Below are positions 9,313-17,698 of a DNA stretch of 64,000 nucleotides, in pieces. This stretch comes from a virus. The notes under the pieces are model-generated. The model saw nothing but the letters and a program-made list of their open reading frames with translations, was not told the DNA's origin and did no database searches. Made by a program: the position numbers and the translations under genes. The stretch lies in the IMG/VR virus record IMGVR_UViG_3300015360_000025; one strand, 5' to 3'. The number at the start of each line of letters is the position of its first letter. Position 1 is the stretch's first letter.

Positions 9313-10268
9313 ACGACTGGAAAGGAAAGAACGTCCTTGTCACAGGGGCCGCCGGTTTCATCGGTGGCTGCGTAGCTCGTGAGCTTCTTGATCAAGAGGC
9401 TATTGTGACGTGTCTCATCAGGACGAAGGGAAAGAATCCGAATCTCCTGGGGGCGAAGATATTCGAAGGGGATGTGGCGGACTACGCCTTGATGTGTGAG
9501 ATCATCTCTTCGGGAGAAATTGAGTACGTCTTTCATCTGGCGGCAAACGCCATCGTCAGGGTCGGGGCTCGGGATCCGATGAACACATACCGAATCAACG
9601 TGATGGGTACGGTCGCCCTCCTTGAGGCAGTCCGTACGGTTGGCCGATGCAAGAAGGTAGTCGTGGCTTCGAGTGACAAAGCCTACGGTGATCACGATAT
9701 CCTTCCGTACAAGGAGGACATGGCACTCCAACCGAAGAACACGTACGATACTTCCAAGGCTTGCGCAGACATGATCGCGCGCTCGTATGCCCACAACTAC
9801 GATCTTCCGATCGTCGTCACACGTTGCAGCAACGTCTATGGTCCTCGGGATCCTAATATGTCGAGGATCATCCCCAACACGATCAATCGAATTCTGGAAG
9901 GCAAGAAGCCGCAGCTTTATTCGGACGTCAGCGTCATGGAGAGAGAGTTTATCTTCATCGACGACGTGGTCGTTGCCAACTTGGCCCTCGCTCTATCTGG
10001 TCCAGAGACAAACGGGGAGGCATTCAACGTCGGTAGGAACCACGCTCACATGGTTTCGACCGTGGTCGAACAGATCTCCAAGATGATGGGCTTCGAAGAC
10101 GGAGTCGAGATCGTTCCTCGCGAGCCCTCCTTCAAGGAAATCCAGAAGCAGTACATCAGCGCTCGAAAGCTCGAAGAGGCGACCGAATGGAGCGCGCGGG
10201 TCCAACTCATCGACGGTCTGAGGAAGACGATCGACTGGTATAAGGTATTCGGGAGAAGTGACCGATGA
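9309..10268 (+). CDS. NAD-dependent NDP-sugar dehydratase/epimerase (extended SDR, CDP-glucose 4,6-dehydratase-like)
   Basis: TGAAGFIG, HLAA, SSDKAYG, YDTSK (YxxxK), TRCSNVYGP. Confidence 0.9.
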   Translation: MNDWKGKNVLVTGAAGFIGGCVARELLDQEAIVTCLIRTKGKNPNLLGAKIFEGDVADYALMCEIISSGEIEYVFHLAANAIVRVGARDPMNTYRINVMGTVALLEAVRTVGRCKKVVVASSDKAYGDHDILPYKEDMALQPKNTYDTSKACADMIARSYAHNYDLPIVVTRCSNVYGPRDPNMSRIIPNTINRILEGKKPQLYSDVSVMEREFIFIDDVVVANLALALSGPETNGEAFNVGRNHAHMVSTVVEQISKMMGFEDGVEIVPREPSFKEIQKQYISARKLEEATEWSARVQLIDGLRKTIDWYKVFGRSDR

Positions 10269-11302
10269 GAGTTGCCTTCGTCGGGGTCAAGCGTAAGTAC
10301 CAAGAGTTGGCGCCTGAGTACAAAGACTTCTTCAATCAGTATCATCTGGAGCTTCCGTACTACTACGCTCGACATGGACAGAATCATGTCACGATCACGA
10401 CCGTCGATCATGATTCTCCTCCCATCCGTTTTGCCCGAGATTATTCCGATTTCCTGGAATGCCAGACGGAAGAGAAGTACAAGATCGAAGGTCGTAGATA
10501 CGATGTCGTCGTGCACTGGCGTAAGTGGTTCCCCGAGTTACGTAAAGAAGGTACCATCAATCTTCTCAACTGTCAGGATCACTCGTTCAGTCAAGAATGG
10601 AAAGACAGTGTCCGTCAAGCGATGAACGCTGGTCAGCTGCATGGAATACTCTGTTTTCCGACCTGGCACAAGCAGAATATCCACGAAGAGACTGGCATCC
10701 CGCTCGATAGGCTTTTCGATGGAGTCACCCTGGGAGTAGACACTGAAGTTTATAAACCAGCTCTCGTTAAAGATCCATTCCAGATGCTGTGGGCATCCGA
10801 TCCTGGGCGCGGTCTAACTCAAGCGATGTGTCTCGCTGCCGAACTCTTCCAGAGAGACAAGCGGTTTAGACTTCACGTCTGTGTTCCAGACTACGTCAAG
10901 ATGAACTCTTCTCCTTTCAACCACCCAGCGATCGCCTGGCATGGGTGCGTCCCGAATGGTCCGAAGCTCTGGGAGCTCTTCAACAGTTCCGGGATCCTCC
11001 CGTACACTTCTTGCTTCAAAGAGCCGTCTTCCCGGGCCCATCGGCAGGCCCAGGCGGCAGGGTGCCTGGTTCTCTACCCTCCTGGTATGGGAACACCCTC
11101 CGAACTCATCCAGCATGAACGGACGGGCATCGTGGAGCCAATCGGTCAATGGACGGAACGGATTCGAAACTTTGCCGTCCACAGAGAACGTACTGAGATC
11201 GGACCGCAGGCCCGTGAGTTTGCGATCACGGAAAACTGGGAAGTGCAGGCGCAGAACTTCAATCGTCTCATCGAAAAGATCAAGGGAGAACAAAATGATT
11301 GA
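10265..11302 (+). CDS. Glycosyltransferase, GT-B (GT4-like)
   Basis: WASDPGRGL, LYPP..GTPSELI, EPSSRAHRQAQAAG (EX7Q variant of EX7E). Confidence 0.7.
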   Translation: MRVAFVGVKRKYQELAPEYKDFFNQYHLELPYYYARHGQNHVTITTVDHDSPPIRFARDYSDFLECQTEEKYKIEGRRYDVVVHWRKWFPELRKEGTINLLNCQDHSFSQEWKDSVRQAMNAGQLHGILCFPTWHKQNIHEETGIPLDRLFDGVTLGVDTEVYKPALVKDPFQMLWASDPGRGLTQAMCLAAELFQRDKRFRLHVCVPDYVKMNSSPFNHPAIAWHGCVPNGPKLWELFNSSGILPYTSCFKEPSSRAHRQAQAAGCLVLYPPGMGTPSELIQHERTGIVEPIGQWTERIRNFAVHRERTEIGPQAREFAITENWEVQAQNFNRLIEKIKGEQND

Positions 11303-11931
11303 CATCAACGCGAAATCATATTTATCGTGTGAAGACGCGTTATGCGCTGTACCTTATTCTTGATCCATGTTCTGGTATGCCGCGATACGTTGGAATGACA
11401 ACGCGCGGGTTTCATCGGAGAACGAGTGAACATCTAAAAGCAATTCACGACAAGCGATTTAAGACACATCTTTATTTCTGGCTGAGAGTTCTTCATAGCA
11501 AAGGATTGAAACCTTTCTTCGAACTTGTCCGTTGCTTTGAGGAAAGTACTCGAGGGGAAGAAGCTCTTTGTGACGCAGAGATTGATTTTATTTCTCTTCG
11601 TTCTGCGGGAGCGGACTTAACAAATACTGCTCGTGGTGGAAAGGGTAAATCGAGTAACGGTAGAGTGCCTTGGAATAAAGGAAAGTCGGGTGTGTCAGCA
11701 GAGACAAGTGAAAAGATGCGGTCTGAAAAAGTTGGGAAAGTCTCCCCGCGGAAAGGTGTCATTCTCTCTTCGGAAACAAAAGAAAAATTGAGAGTTTCTC
11801 ATCTCGGAAAAGCTGCTTCACCAGAGACAAAAGAAAAGATGAGTTTGACCCATAGGTTAATTTGGAAAAGGAGAAAAAATGCCAGTAGATATCAACTCGA
11901 CGGACTTCATGCAGACATTCAAACTGGCTGA
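11299..11931 (+). mobile_element. Free-standing GIY-YIG homing endonuclease with NUMOD3 repeats (start may be GTG 11329)
   Basis: YALYLILDP...RYVGMT (GIY-YIG variant), conserved R..H and E/N, C-terminal PWNKGK, SAETSEKM, SSETKEKL, SPETKEKM repeats. Visibly AT-richer than its flanks. Confidence 0.8.
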
Positions 11932-12802
11932 CGCCACTGTCGGGGTGGTCGGTCATGGATTCGTGGGACAGGCGGTCGCAGAATTCTTCAAGGGAACGTG
12001 CGGAAACATCGTCATCAACGACAAGGCGAAACCGGAACTGGCGACCCTGAAGGAGGTCGTGACCCGGTCCGAACTGATCTTCGTCTGCGTCCCGACCCCG
12101 ATGCGGAAGGACGGATCATGCTACACAGGGTTCGTGGAAGAGGTGATCGCGAACATCAAGACCACCGCCCAGGAGATCAAGAGGAATTTCGATTCCTTCG
12201 TGGTCGTGGTCAAGAGCACGGTCTACCCGGGATTCATCGAAGATATGCAGAGCAAGCATCTCCCGATGAGGCTGACCTTCTCTCCCGAGTTCATTACGGA
12301 GAAGAATAGCGTCGAAGACTTCAAGAAAACAAACAGGATCATCGTAGGTGGGGATGAGGACGACGCGATGATTGTCCTGAAATACTTTCACGATGTTGAT
12401 CCAAAAAGGATCGAGGATGGTCGACGCGTCCTTCTTCAGTGCAATCCAACAACGGCCGAGATGGTAAAACTCTATGCCAACGGGATTTTGACCGCGAAGG
12501 TCATTTTCTCGAACGAGGTCTACCAGATCTGTCAGAAGCTTGGAGTTGACTTCGAAGAGGTCAGGGCAATATCAGTCCTGGATACTCGAATCGGAACGGG
12601 GCATACTCTTGTCCCTGGCCCAGACGGCCAACTGGGATACGGTGGTCACTGCTTCCCCAAAGACATCCAGAACCTCAGAGCTACAGCTCGGGTGTGCGAA
12701 GTTCCGGAGAAGCTATTTACCGCGATGATCGATCGCAATGAAGAGCTGAGAGAGAAGAAGGACTGGCTAGATATGAAAGAACGGGCTGTCACGGAGAACT
12801 GA
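11879..12802 (+). CDS. ugd: UDP-glucose/GDP-mannose 6-dehydrogenase family (lacks C-terminal domain)
   Basis: GVVGHGFVG, FVCVPTP, VVKSTVYPG, FSPEF, AEMVKLYAN, GYGGHCFPKD catalytic Cys. Confidence 0.9.
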   Translation: MPVDINSTDFMQTFKLADATVGVVGHGFVGQAVAEFFKGTCGNIVINDKAKPELATLKEVVTRSELIFVCVPTPMRKDGSCYTGFVEEVIANIKTTAQEIKRNFDSFVVVVKSTVYPGFIEDMQSKHLPMRLTFSPEFITEKNSVEDFKKTNRIIVGGDEDDAMIVLKYFHDVDPKRIEDGRRVLLQCNPTTAEMVKLYANGILTAKVIFSNEVYQICQKLGVDFEEVRAISVLDTRIGTGHTLVPGPDGQLGYGGHCFPKDIQNLRATARVCEVPEKLFTAMIDRNEELREKKDWLDMKERAVTEN

Positions 12803-13134
12803 TGCCTACGCTTGTCATGGACATGGATGGGACAATCTGCGAGCAGATGCATGGCGATGGGTATTTTATCGCCAGACCCATTCAATTCGTGATCGATAAA
12901 ATGAGATCATACAAACTCAAGGGATGGGATATTGTAATCCACACCGCCCGTGGCATGGGACGTTATGATGGAAACATCGCTCGCATCGAGTTTGAGTTTC
13001 GTTACAAGACGGAGAAGTGGTTACGAGATCACGGCGTCCCATATGATAAGCTGATCTTCGGGAAGCCTGCCGGAGACATCTACGTGGATGACAAGGGGAT
13101 AGTACCTGATGACTTTGCGACCAGAGACGCTTGA
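12802..13134 (+). CDS. HAD phosphatase, capsule-biosynthesis (BcbF/EcbF-like)
   Basis: MDMDGT motif I, HTARG, FGKP, YVDDK motif IV. Confidence 0.85.
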   Translation: MPTLVMDMDGTICEQMHGDGYFIARPIQFVIDKMRSYKLKGWDIVIHTARGMGRYDGNIARIEFEFRYKTEKWLRDHGVPYDKLIFGKPAGDIYVDDKGIVPDDFATRDA

Positions 13135-13609
13135 AAGTGAATCCTACAAAGAGCTTTGCGAATCGATTCGTGCTGAGGGTCGCAAGAAATATGGTTCCCA
13201 GGGGTACTCTCGAGTGGTCTTCGCTAATGGCGTCTTTGATCTTCTTCATTTGGGTCACCTTTCTCTCCTGAACGAGTGTCGAATCTTGGCTGGTCCAAAT
13301 GGCGCCGTTGTCGTCGGAGTGAATTCTGATGCGTCTGTGAAGAGGATCAAAGGTCCCAACAGACCCATCCTGGACGAGGTCACCCGGTGTTCCACTTTGA
13401 TCTTCATGAAGCCGGTGGATCACGTCTTGACATTCGATGAAGACACCCCACTCGAACTGGTGGAAGTTCTCCGTCCTGACGTTATCGTCAAGGGATCTGA
13501 ATACAGAAACAAGAAGGTCGTCGGTTCACACTTGGCTGTCGTGACGTACGTCGATAGTAAGGAAGGCATCTCGACGACCCAGCTGATCGAGAGGATCCGC
13601 AATGGATGA
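13109..13609 (+). CDS. Nucleotidyltransferase, HldE/RfaE domain II-like (heptose-1-P adenylyltransferase-like)
   Basis: VFANGVFDLLHLGH (HxGH), VGVNSDASVKRIKGPNRPI, FDEDTP, PDVIVKG, ISTTQLIERI. Confidence 0.9.
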   Translation: MTLRPETLESESYKELCESIRAEGRKKYGSQGYSRVVFANGVFDLLHLGHLSLLNECRILAGPNGAVVVGVNSDASVKRIKGPNRPILDEVTRCSTLIFMKPVDHVLTFDEDTPLELVEVLRPDVIVKGSEYRNKKVVGSHLAVVTYVDSKEGISTTQLIERIRNG

Positions 13610-14516
13610 ACCAAAAAAGATACTCGTGGTTGGTGATGTGATGATCGACAAGTACATCTTCGCCATGACTTCTCGTCAAGCTCCAGAGGCGCCAATACCG
13701 GTGTGGGACGAGGTGGCATATGAGCTCCGTCTCGGTGGAGCGGCCAACGTCGCTAACAACCTGAAGGCTCTGGGCGGGGATGAGGTCGAAGTCTATCTGG
13801 CGGGTATCGTTGGTTTGATCGACAAGAAGATGATCTCCCGGGCAGGCATCAACACAATCTTGTGCGCCGGCAATGAGTCGATGTACAAGACCAGGTACAT
13901 CGACTCACACAGCAAGAAGCACATGTTCCGTGTCGACAATATTCGGACATTCTCTCCAGAGTCTAAGACACATTTTCTCCGTTGCCTACAACACTTTCTC
14001 AGGGGTCACGTGTTCGATGCGGTCATCTTCTCCGACTACGATAAAGAGACCATCAATCTTGACGTGATGGAGATCGTCATCCCCACTTCCAAATTGACTG
14101 TTGTAGACTCGAAGCGGACAGATCTTTCCATGTACAAGGGTGCGCAATTGCTCAAGATCAATGAATACGAGTATGCGACACAACTTTCTCGTGGTCCGTA
14201 TCTCAACGTCGAGAGTCTGTTCGACTACGTTGTCGTAACCCATGGCTCAAAGGGCGCTGAGCTACGGCAGCATGAAGTGACAAAGAGTGATGAGAGACGA
14301 TACATGGTCCATAGCGAAAACTTCGCCGTCGACCCTGTGAATGTTCAAGACGTGACTGGATGTGGTGACACCCACACGGCAGCCATGACGTTTTCTTTAT
14401 TGAAAAACCAGGACGTCCGCTTGGCTGTTCGATTCGCCAATGCTTGCTCTAGGAATGTCGTACAGAAGTTTGGCACCAGCGTAAGTGATGTCAGCTTGGC
14501 TAGCATTGGTGTATAA
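13602..14516 (+). CDS. PfkB-family sugar-phosphate kinase, HldE/RfaE domain I-like (copy 2)
   Basis: ILVVGDVMIDKY, APEAPIPV, LGGAANVANNL, SDYDK, DVTGCGDTH. Confidence 0.9.
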   Translation: MDEPKKILVVGDVMIDKYIFAMTSRQAPEAPIPVWDEVAYELRLGGAANVANNLKALGGDEVEVYLAGIVGLIDKKMISRAGINTILCAGNESMYKTRYIDSHSKKHMFRVDNIRTFSPESKTHFLRCLQHFLRGHVFDAVIFSDYDKETINLDVMEIVIPTSKLTVVDSKRTDLSMYKGAQLLKINEYEYATQLSRGPYLNVESLFDYVVVTHGSKGAELRQHEVTKSDERRYMVHSENFAVDPVNVQDVTGCGDTHTAAMTFSLLKNQDVRLAVRFANACSRNVVQKFGTSVSDVSLASIGV

Positions 14517-14707
14517 TGGGAATACATGAGGGGATTATGAAACTTAGCGAAGACGTTTTGGTAGAGATCATCGACATCGTACGCCAGGGGATTGCCGAAG
14601 GAAAGGACATCTCTGAACTCTTGAGAAAGATGGAGCTCGGCGTGGAACCCGACAGCGAGCTCGGTCCAGACGACAAGATCTTTCTCGAAAAGAATCGAGC
14701 GTACTGA
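14516..14707 (+). CDS. Small hypothetical protein
   Basis: ORF coupled at both ends (TAATG, TGATG). Alternative start at 14537 with an SD-like GAGGGG. Confidence 0.5.
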   Translation: MGIHEGIMKLSEDVLVEIIDIVRQGIAEGKDISELLRKMELGVEPDSELGPDDKIFLEKNRAY

Positions 14708-14934
14708 TGCCGACGTACGTGTACGAATGCTTGAGCTGTCAGACTCGACTGGAGGTTGTCCAGAAGTTTGACGATCCGGCGCCGATGTGTGAAAGATGCG
14801 AGTCACACTCGACTGAGTGTCCTGACGGATGCTCCAACGTTCCGTATATGGAGAGGGTCATCGTCCCCGGGACATTCATTCTGAAGGGACGTGGCTGGGC
14901 CAAAGACGGATATTCTGTAGGGAAGAAGAAATGA
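14707..14934 (+). CDS. FmdB-family zinc-ribbon protein
   Basis: MPTYVYECLSC...CERC...FILKGRGW. Confidence 0.85.
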   Translation: MPTYVYECLSCQTRLEVVQKFDDPAPMCERCESHSTECPDGCSNVPYMERVIVPGTFILKGRGWAKDGYSVGKKK

Positions 14935-15269
14935 TCGGAATCATCATAGGAATCCTGTTGTTCTTGTCACTTGTGGCGAACGGCGTCATGATCTACATCT
15001 GCTGGAAGTTTGCCAGGCGACTCTTTCAGTTCGATGATCTCTTCGTCATGTTGACAGACGACATCGACGTTAATGCGCGCTACCTTGAGAAGCTGACCAA
15101 TACTCCGCTTCTGGAGAACTCTCCCGAGATAGTCACGGCACACAACAACATGAAGATAGTCGGACAGCGCTTGGACGAGTTCATCGTACGCATGGAAGAG
15201 ATCACGGGCCGCGAGCTGCGGAAAAAAGACGGACTGGAAGTTGGCAAGAATCCACCAGTTATCAGCTAA
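14931..15269 (+). CDS. Membrane-anchored hypothetical protein
   Basis: ATG at 14931 overlaps the upstream TGA. Hydrophobic N-terminus (IGIIIGILLFLSLVANGVMIYICW) followed by a helical region. Confidence 0.6.
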   Translation: MIGIIIGILLFLSLVANGVMIYICWKFARRLFQFDDLFVMLTDDIDVNARYLEKLTNTPLLENSPEIVTAHNNMKIVGQRLDEFIVRMEEITGRELRKKDGLEVGKNPPVIS

Positions 15270-15278
15270 AGGGGAAAA

Positions 15279-15953
15279 ATGGCTCAATACTTTACAAAAG
15301 ATACAGACAAGGCTCTCGCGGCATTCCTGGCAACTGATGAGGTCGCCGACAAACATGAGATTTTTGACAAGAAGATCAGACCGGCTTTCGAGAAACTTGT
15401 CGAGAATCTCATCTTCGTTTACGGATTCTACACCATTGATGACGTGGAGACACTGAAGCGAGAGGGTTTGTCTAACCTGTACGAGATGATCCCGAAGTTC
15501 GATCCAAACAAGGGGACCAAGGGATTTTCTTACTTCAATGTGGTTGCCAAGAACTGGTTTGTCCAGAAAACCCGAGAGCGGAACAGAAAGCACAGAATTG
15601 AAAGCGAGCTTCACACCGACTTGGACAACGAGTCTGCACAGAGCGATCCGAACTTCTCCATCAGTCCGCACGAAGATCTCCTCGAAGACAAGGAACAGTG
15701 GATCAAGTTCTACGAGGCGATGGAATCGTGGAGAGACCAACTGCCGAAGAAATCCGAACGGCAGGTCCTGGAAGCTGTCATCTTCCTCATGAGAAATCCT
15801 GACCTCGTCACTATTTATAACAAGAAGGCAGTATACCTCTATCTTAGAGAGTTGACAAACCTGAATACAAAACAGGTCGTCGTCAATCTGAAAAAGATCA
15901 AGGCCTTGTACAACGAGTGGCAGGAGAAGTACTGTTCAACAGGGGAATCGTGA
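15279..15953 (+). CDS. Phage RNA polymerase sigma-factor-like protein (candidate late sigma)
   Basis: EGLSNLYEMIPKFDPNKGTKGFSYFNVVAKN resembles sigma70 region 2.2-2.3 (FDPxKGxxFxSY). C-terminal HTH-like LRELTNLNTKQV. Confidence 0.65.
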   Translation: MAQYFTKDTDKALAAFLATDEVADKHEIFDKKIRPAFEKLVENLIFVYGFYTIDDVETLKREGLSNLYEMIPKFDPNKGTKGFSYFNVVAKNWFVQKTRERNRKHRIESELHTDLDNESAQSDPNFSISPHEDLLEDKEQWIKFYEAMESWRDQLPKKSERQVLEAVIFLMRNPDLVTIYNKKAVYLYLRELTNLNTKQVVVNLKKIKALYNEWQEKYCSTGES

Positions 15954-16274
15954 TTGGGAAAACGGACAGACGATCTCTTCCAAGAGATTCTGAAGAATGT
16001 CAGGAACGATCGTGAGAAGCTCACGAAGGTCCGAGATAACATCATCAGTGGGATGAACGGTATCGAGTTACAGATCGAACCGTTGGCAATGCTCGGCATC
16101 GCCGAGGCTGTTGGAAAACTATCGGACGTCTTGACTAAGCAAAACGCGCAACTGGTCGAATTGACAAAGGTGAGTGTCAAGGAAGACGCCCCCGAAGAGG
16201 ATGCCGACGCAGATCGCGACAGCCTCTACGACGAGATCGAGTCTTCAGGATCGACCGATGAGAAGGTCAACTGA
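15954..16274 (+). CDS. Hypothetical helical protein with acidic tail
   Basis: ORF abuts the sigma-like gene. No family recognised. Confidence 0.55.
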   Translation: MGKRTDDLFQEILKNVRNDREKLTKVRDNIISGMNGIELQIEPLAMLGIAEAVGKLSDVLTKQNAQLVELTKVSVKEDAPEEDADADRDSLYDEIESSGSTDEKVN

Positions 16275-16285
16275 GGAATCGGTGA

Positions 16286-16900
16286 ATGGGAATCGACTCC
16301 TTCACAAGAGACAATTTTCGTAGACCAGAGCGTGCCCTCCAGGAGTTCATCCGGAAGGGCACGCAGGGAATGTTTGTCGAACGTGACGAGCACACACCCT
16401 TCTTGTATCGAGCCCTTGTCATCGGGGTCGACGTCGAAGGTGGAAAACTCGAGAATCCAGACGCTTCTGGTGGTGGGTTATCACACAACGTCAATGGCAA
16501 GAAGTTTGACGTGCCGCCGCGCTCAGGACCGAAGAACCCACAGAACAGCATTAAGGCTCGTATCTTGTCTGACGGGCTCGACAAGTTCGCCAAGGACGAA
16601 GACCTCCGTGTGTTTTGGCCGTTCTTTCCGGAGAACATGTCGGTGCCCATCAAGCCGGGCGAGCACGTGTACGTAATATTCGAGGATTCGCAGATGCAAC
16701 ACGGTCTGTGGATCTCCAAGATCCCGGGACACCAGGGTGTTAACTACGCGCCGGGCAAGGACTACTACAAGCCGACCCAAGGTGGTCTATCCAAGAAGTT
16801 CAACGACACTGCTGCCGTTTCGAGCGAAGAGAAGAAGTTCGACAAAGACACGGACGCAGCTGAAACAAAACCTGGTAACAAGTTGAGTTCGCTCTTCTGA
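16286..16900 (+). CDS. Baseplate spike/hub N-terminal OB-fold-like protein (gp5/VgrG OB-like)
   Basis: WPFFPENMSVPIKPGEHVYVIFED resembles the PxxGExVxVxF OB-fold motif of spikes; position is upstream of gp25/gp6. Confidence 0.5.
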   Translation: MGIDSFTRDNFRRPERALQEFIRKGTQGMFVERDEHTPFLYRALVIGVDVEGGKLENPDASGGGLSHNVNGKKFDVPPRSGPKNPQNSIKARILSDGLDKFAKDEDLRVFWPFFPENMSVPIKPGEHVYVIFEDSQMQHGLWISKIPGHQGVNYAPGKDYYKPTQGGLSKKFNDTAAVSSEEKKFDKDTDAAETKPGNKLSSLF

Positions 16901-16909
16901 GGTCACTCC

Positions 16910-17698
16910 ATGGCCGCCGACGTCGTCGTTGAGGCAGTCCCCAAGTTTACACGTCGCTACGGTGATTATGTGTTTGAGGGATCCAACAACACCATCTTCA
17001 TCATGGGAACAGATCGTGCCAAGGCTGGTCCGGCCGGTCTTGGCGATGGAAATGGTCACGTCGGTGCGGCCAACAAAGGCGCCGGCACAGCCACTATCCA
17101 CATCATCGCAGGGCGCAATGGAAAAGATCCAGACATGAAGGACGACTCGTCCTTCCTATACCTCAGCAAAAAAACGAAGGCCGACACCAACCTTGCCATC
17201 ACTGGAGTGGCTGGAGTGTCGACTGACGACAAGCCAAGCGCAATCTTGAAGTCTGACGTCATCCGGATCATTGGTCGCAAGGATCTCAAGATCTGCGTGA
17301 ATGACGATGAGAAGCACTACATGTTCATGAATGGATCGAAGTTTAAGGTCGAGTTCAACACAAATGCGACCATCGAGATCGTCGACAAGAAGATCACGGT
17401 TAAGATGGGAAGTGATACGATAGTGATGGACGATAAGAAAGCAGTCGTTACTATTGACAAGACGATCCTGACAATGGACGGTAAGAAAGTGAAGATAGAT
17501 TCTCCAAAGATACATTTGACTGGTGGTTGCGAAGAACCGTGGGATACTCTTTTCGATAAAATAGATACGTTTTGTACTGGGCATAATCACATGTCTGCAG
17601 TTGGTCCAACGACTCCAGTTCCGGCCGGTCCTACTGCGAAAATGGCTGCCGATGTTAAGACTGCCAAAGGTGGTTGGGATACAAAGGTTAAGAGCTGA
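16910..17698 (+). CDS. Baseplate central spike, beta-helix with metal-binding HxH tip
   Basis: About 16-aa beta-strand repeats (ATIEIVDKKITVKMGS / DTIVMDDKKAVVTIDK / TILTMDGKKVKIDSPK) followed by GHNHMSAVGPT. Confidence 0.65.
   Translation: MAADVVVEAVPKFTRRYGDYVFEGSNNTIFIMGTDRAKAGPAGLGDGNGHVGAANKGAGTATIHIIAGRNGKDPDMKDDSSFLYLSKKTKADTNLAITGVAGVSTDDKPSAILKSDVIRIIGRKDLKICVNDDEKHYMFMNGSKFKVEFNTNATIEIVDKKITVKMGSDTIVMDDKKAVVTIDKTILTMDGKKVKIDSPKIHLTGGCEEPWDTLFDKIDTFCTGHNHMSAVGPTTPVPAGPTAKMAADVKTAKGGWDTKVKS

Noticed and set aside
4-14516. Interpreting the glycan locus as a bacterial LPS/capsule island (prophage boundary)
   Set aside because: No integrase, att site, transporter or polymerase (wzx/wzy/ABC) is present. 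Overlap coupling, a phage homing endonuclease and similar codon style continue seamlessly into the phage genes.
4-14516. DNA hypermodification (glucosylated or arabinosylated hmC) as the role of the glycosyltransferases
   Set aside because: No dCMP hydroxymethylase, thymidylate-synthase-like or nucleotide kinase gene occurs in the window, and the GT types and late-module position fit surface or protein glycans better. It cannot be fully excluded without the rest of the genome.
14967-15740. 257-aa reverse ORF, and the many other minus-strand or alternate-frame ORFs of 60-210 aa
   Set aside because: All overlap well-supported + strand genes and have no recognisable motifs. The whole window is transcribed in one direction.
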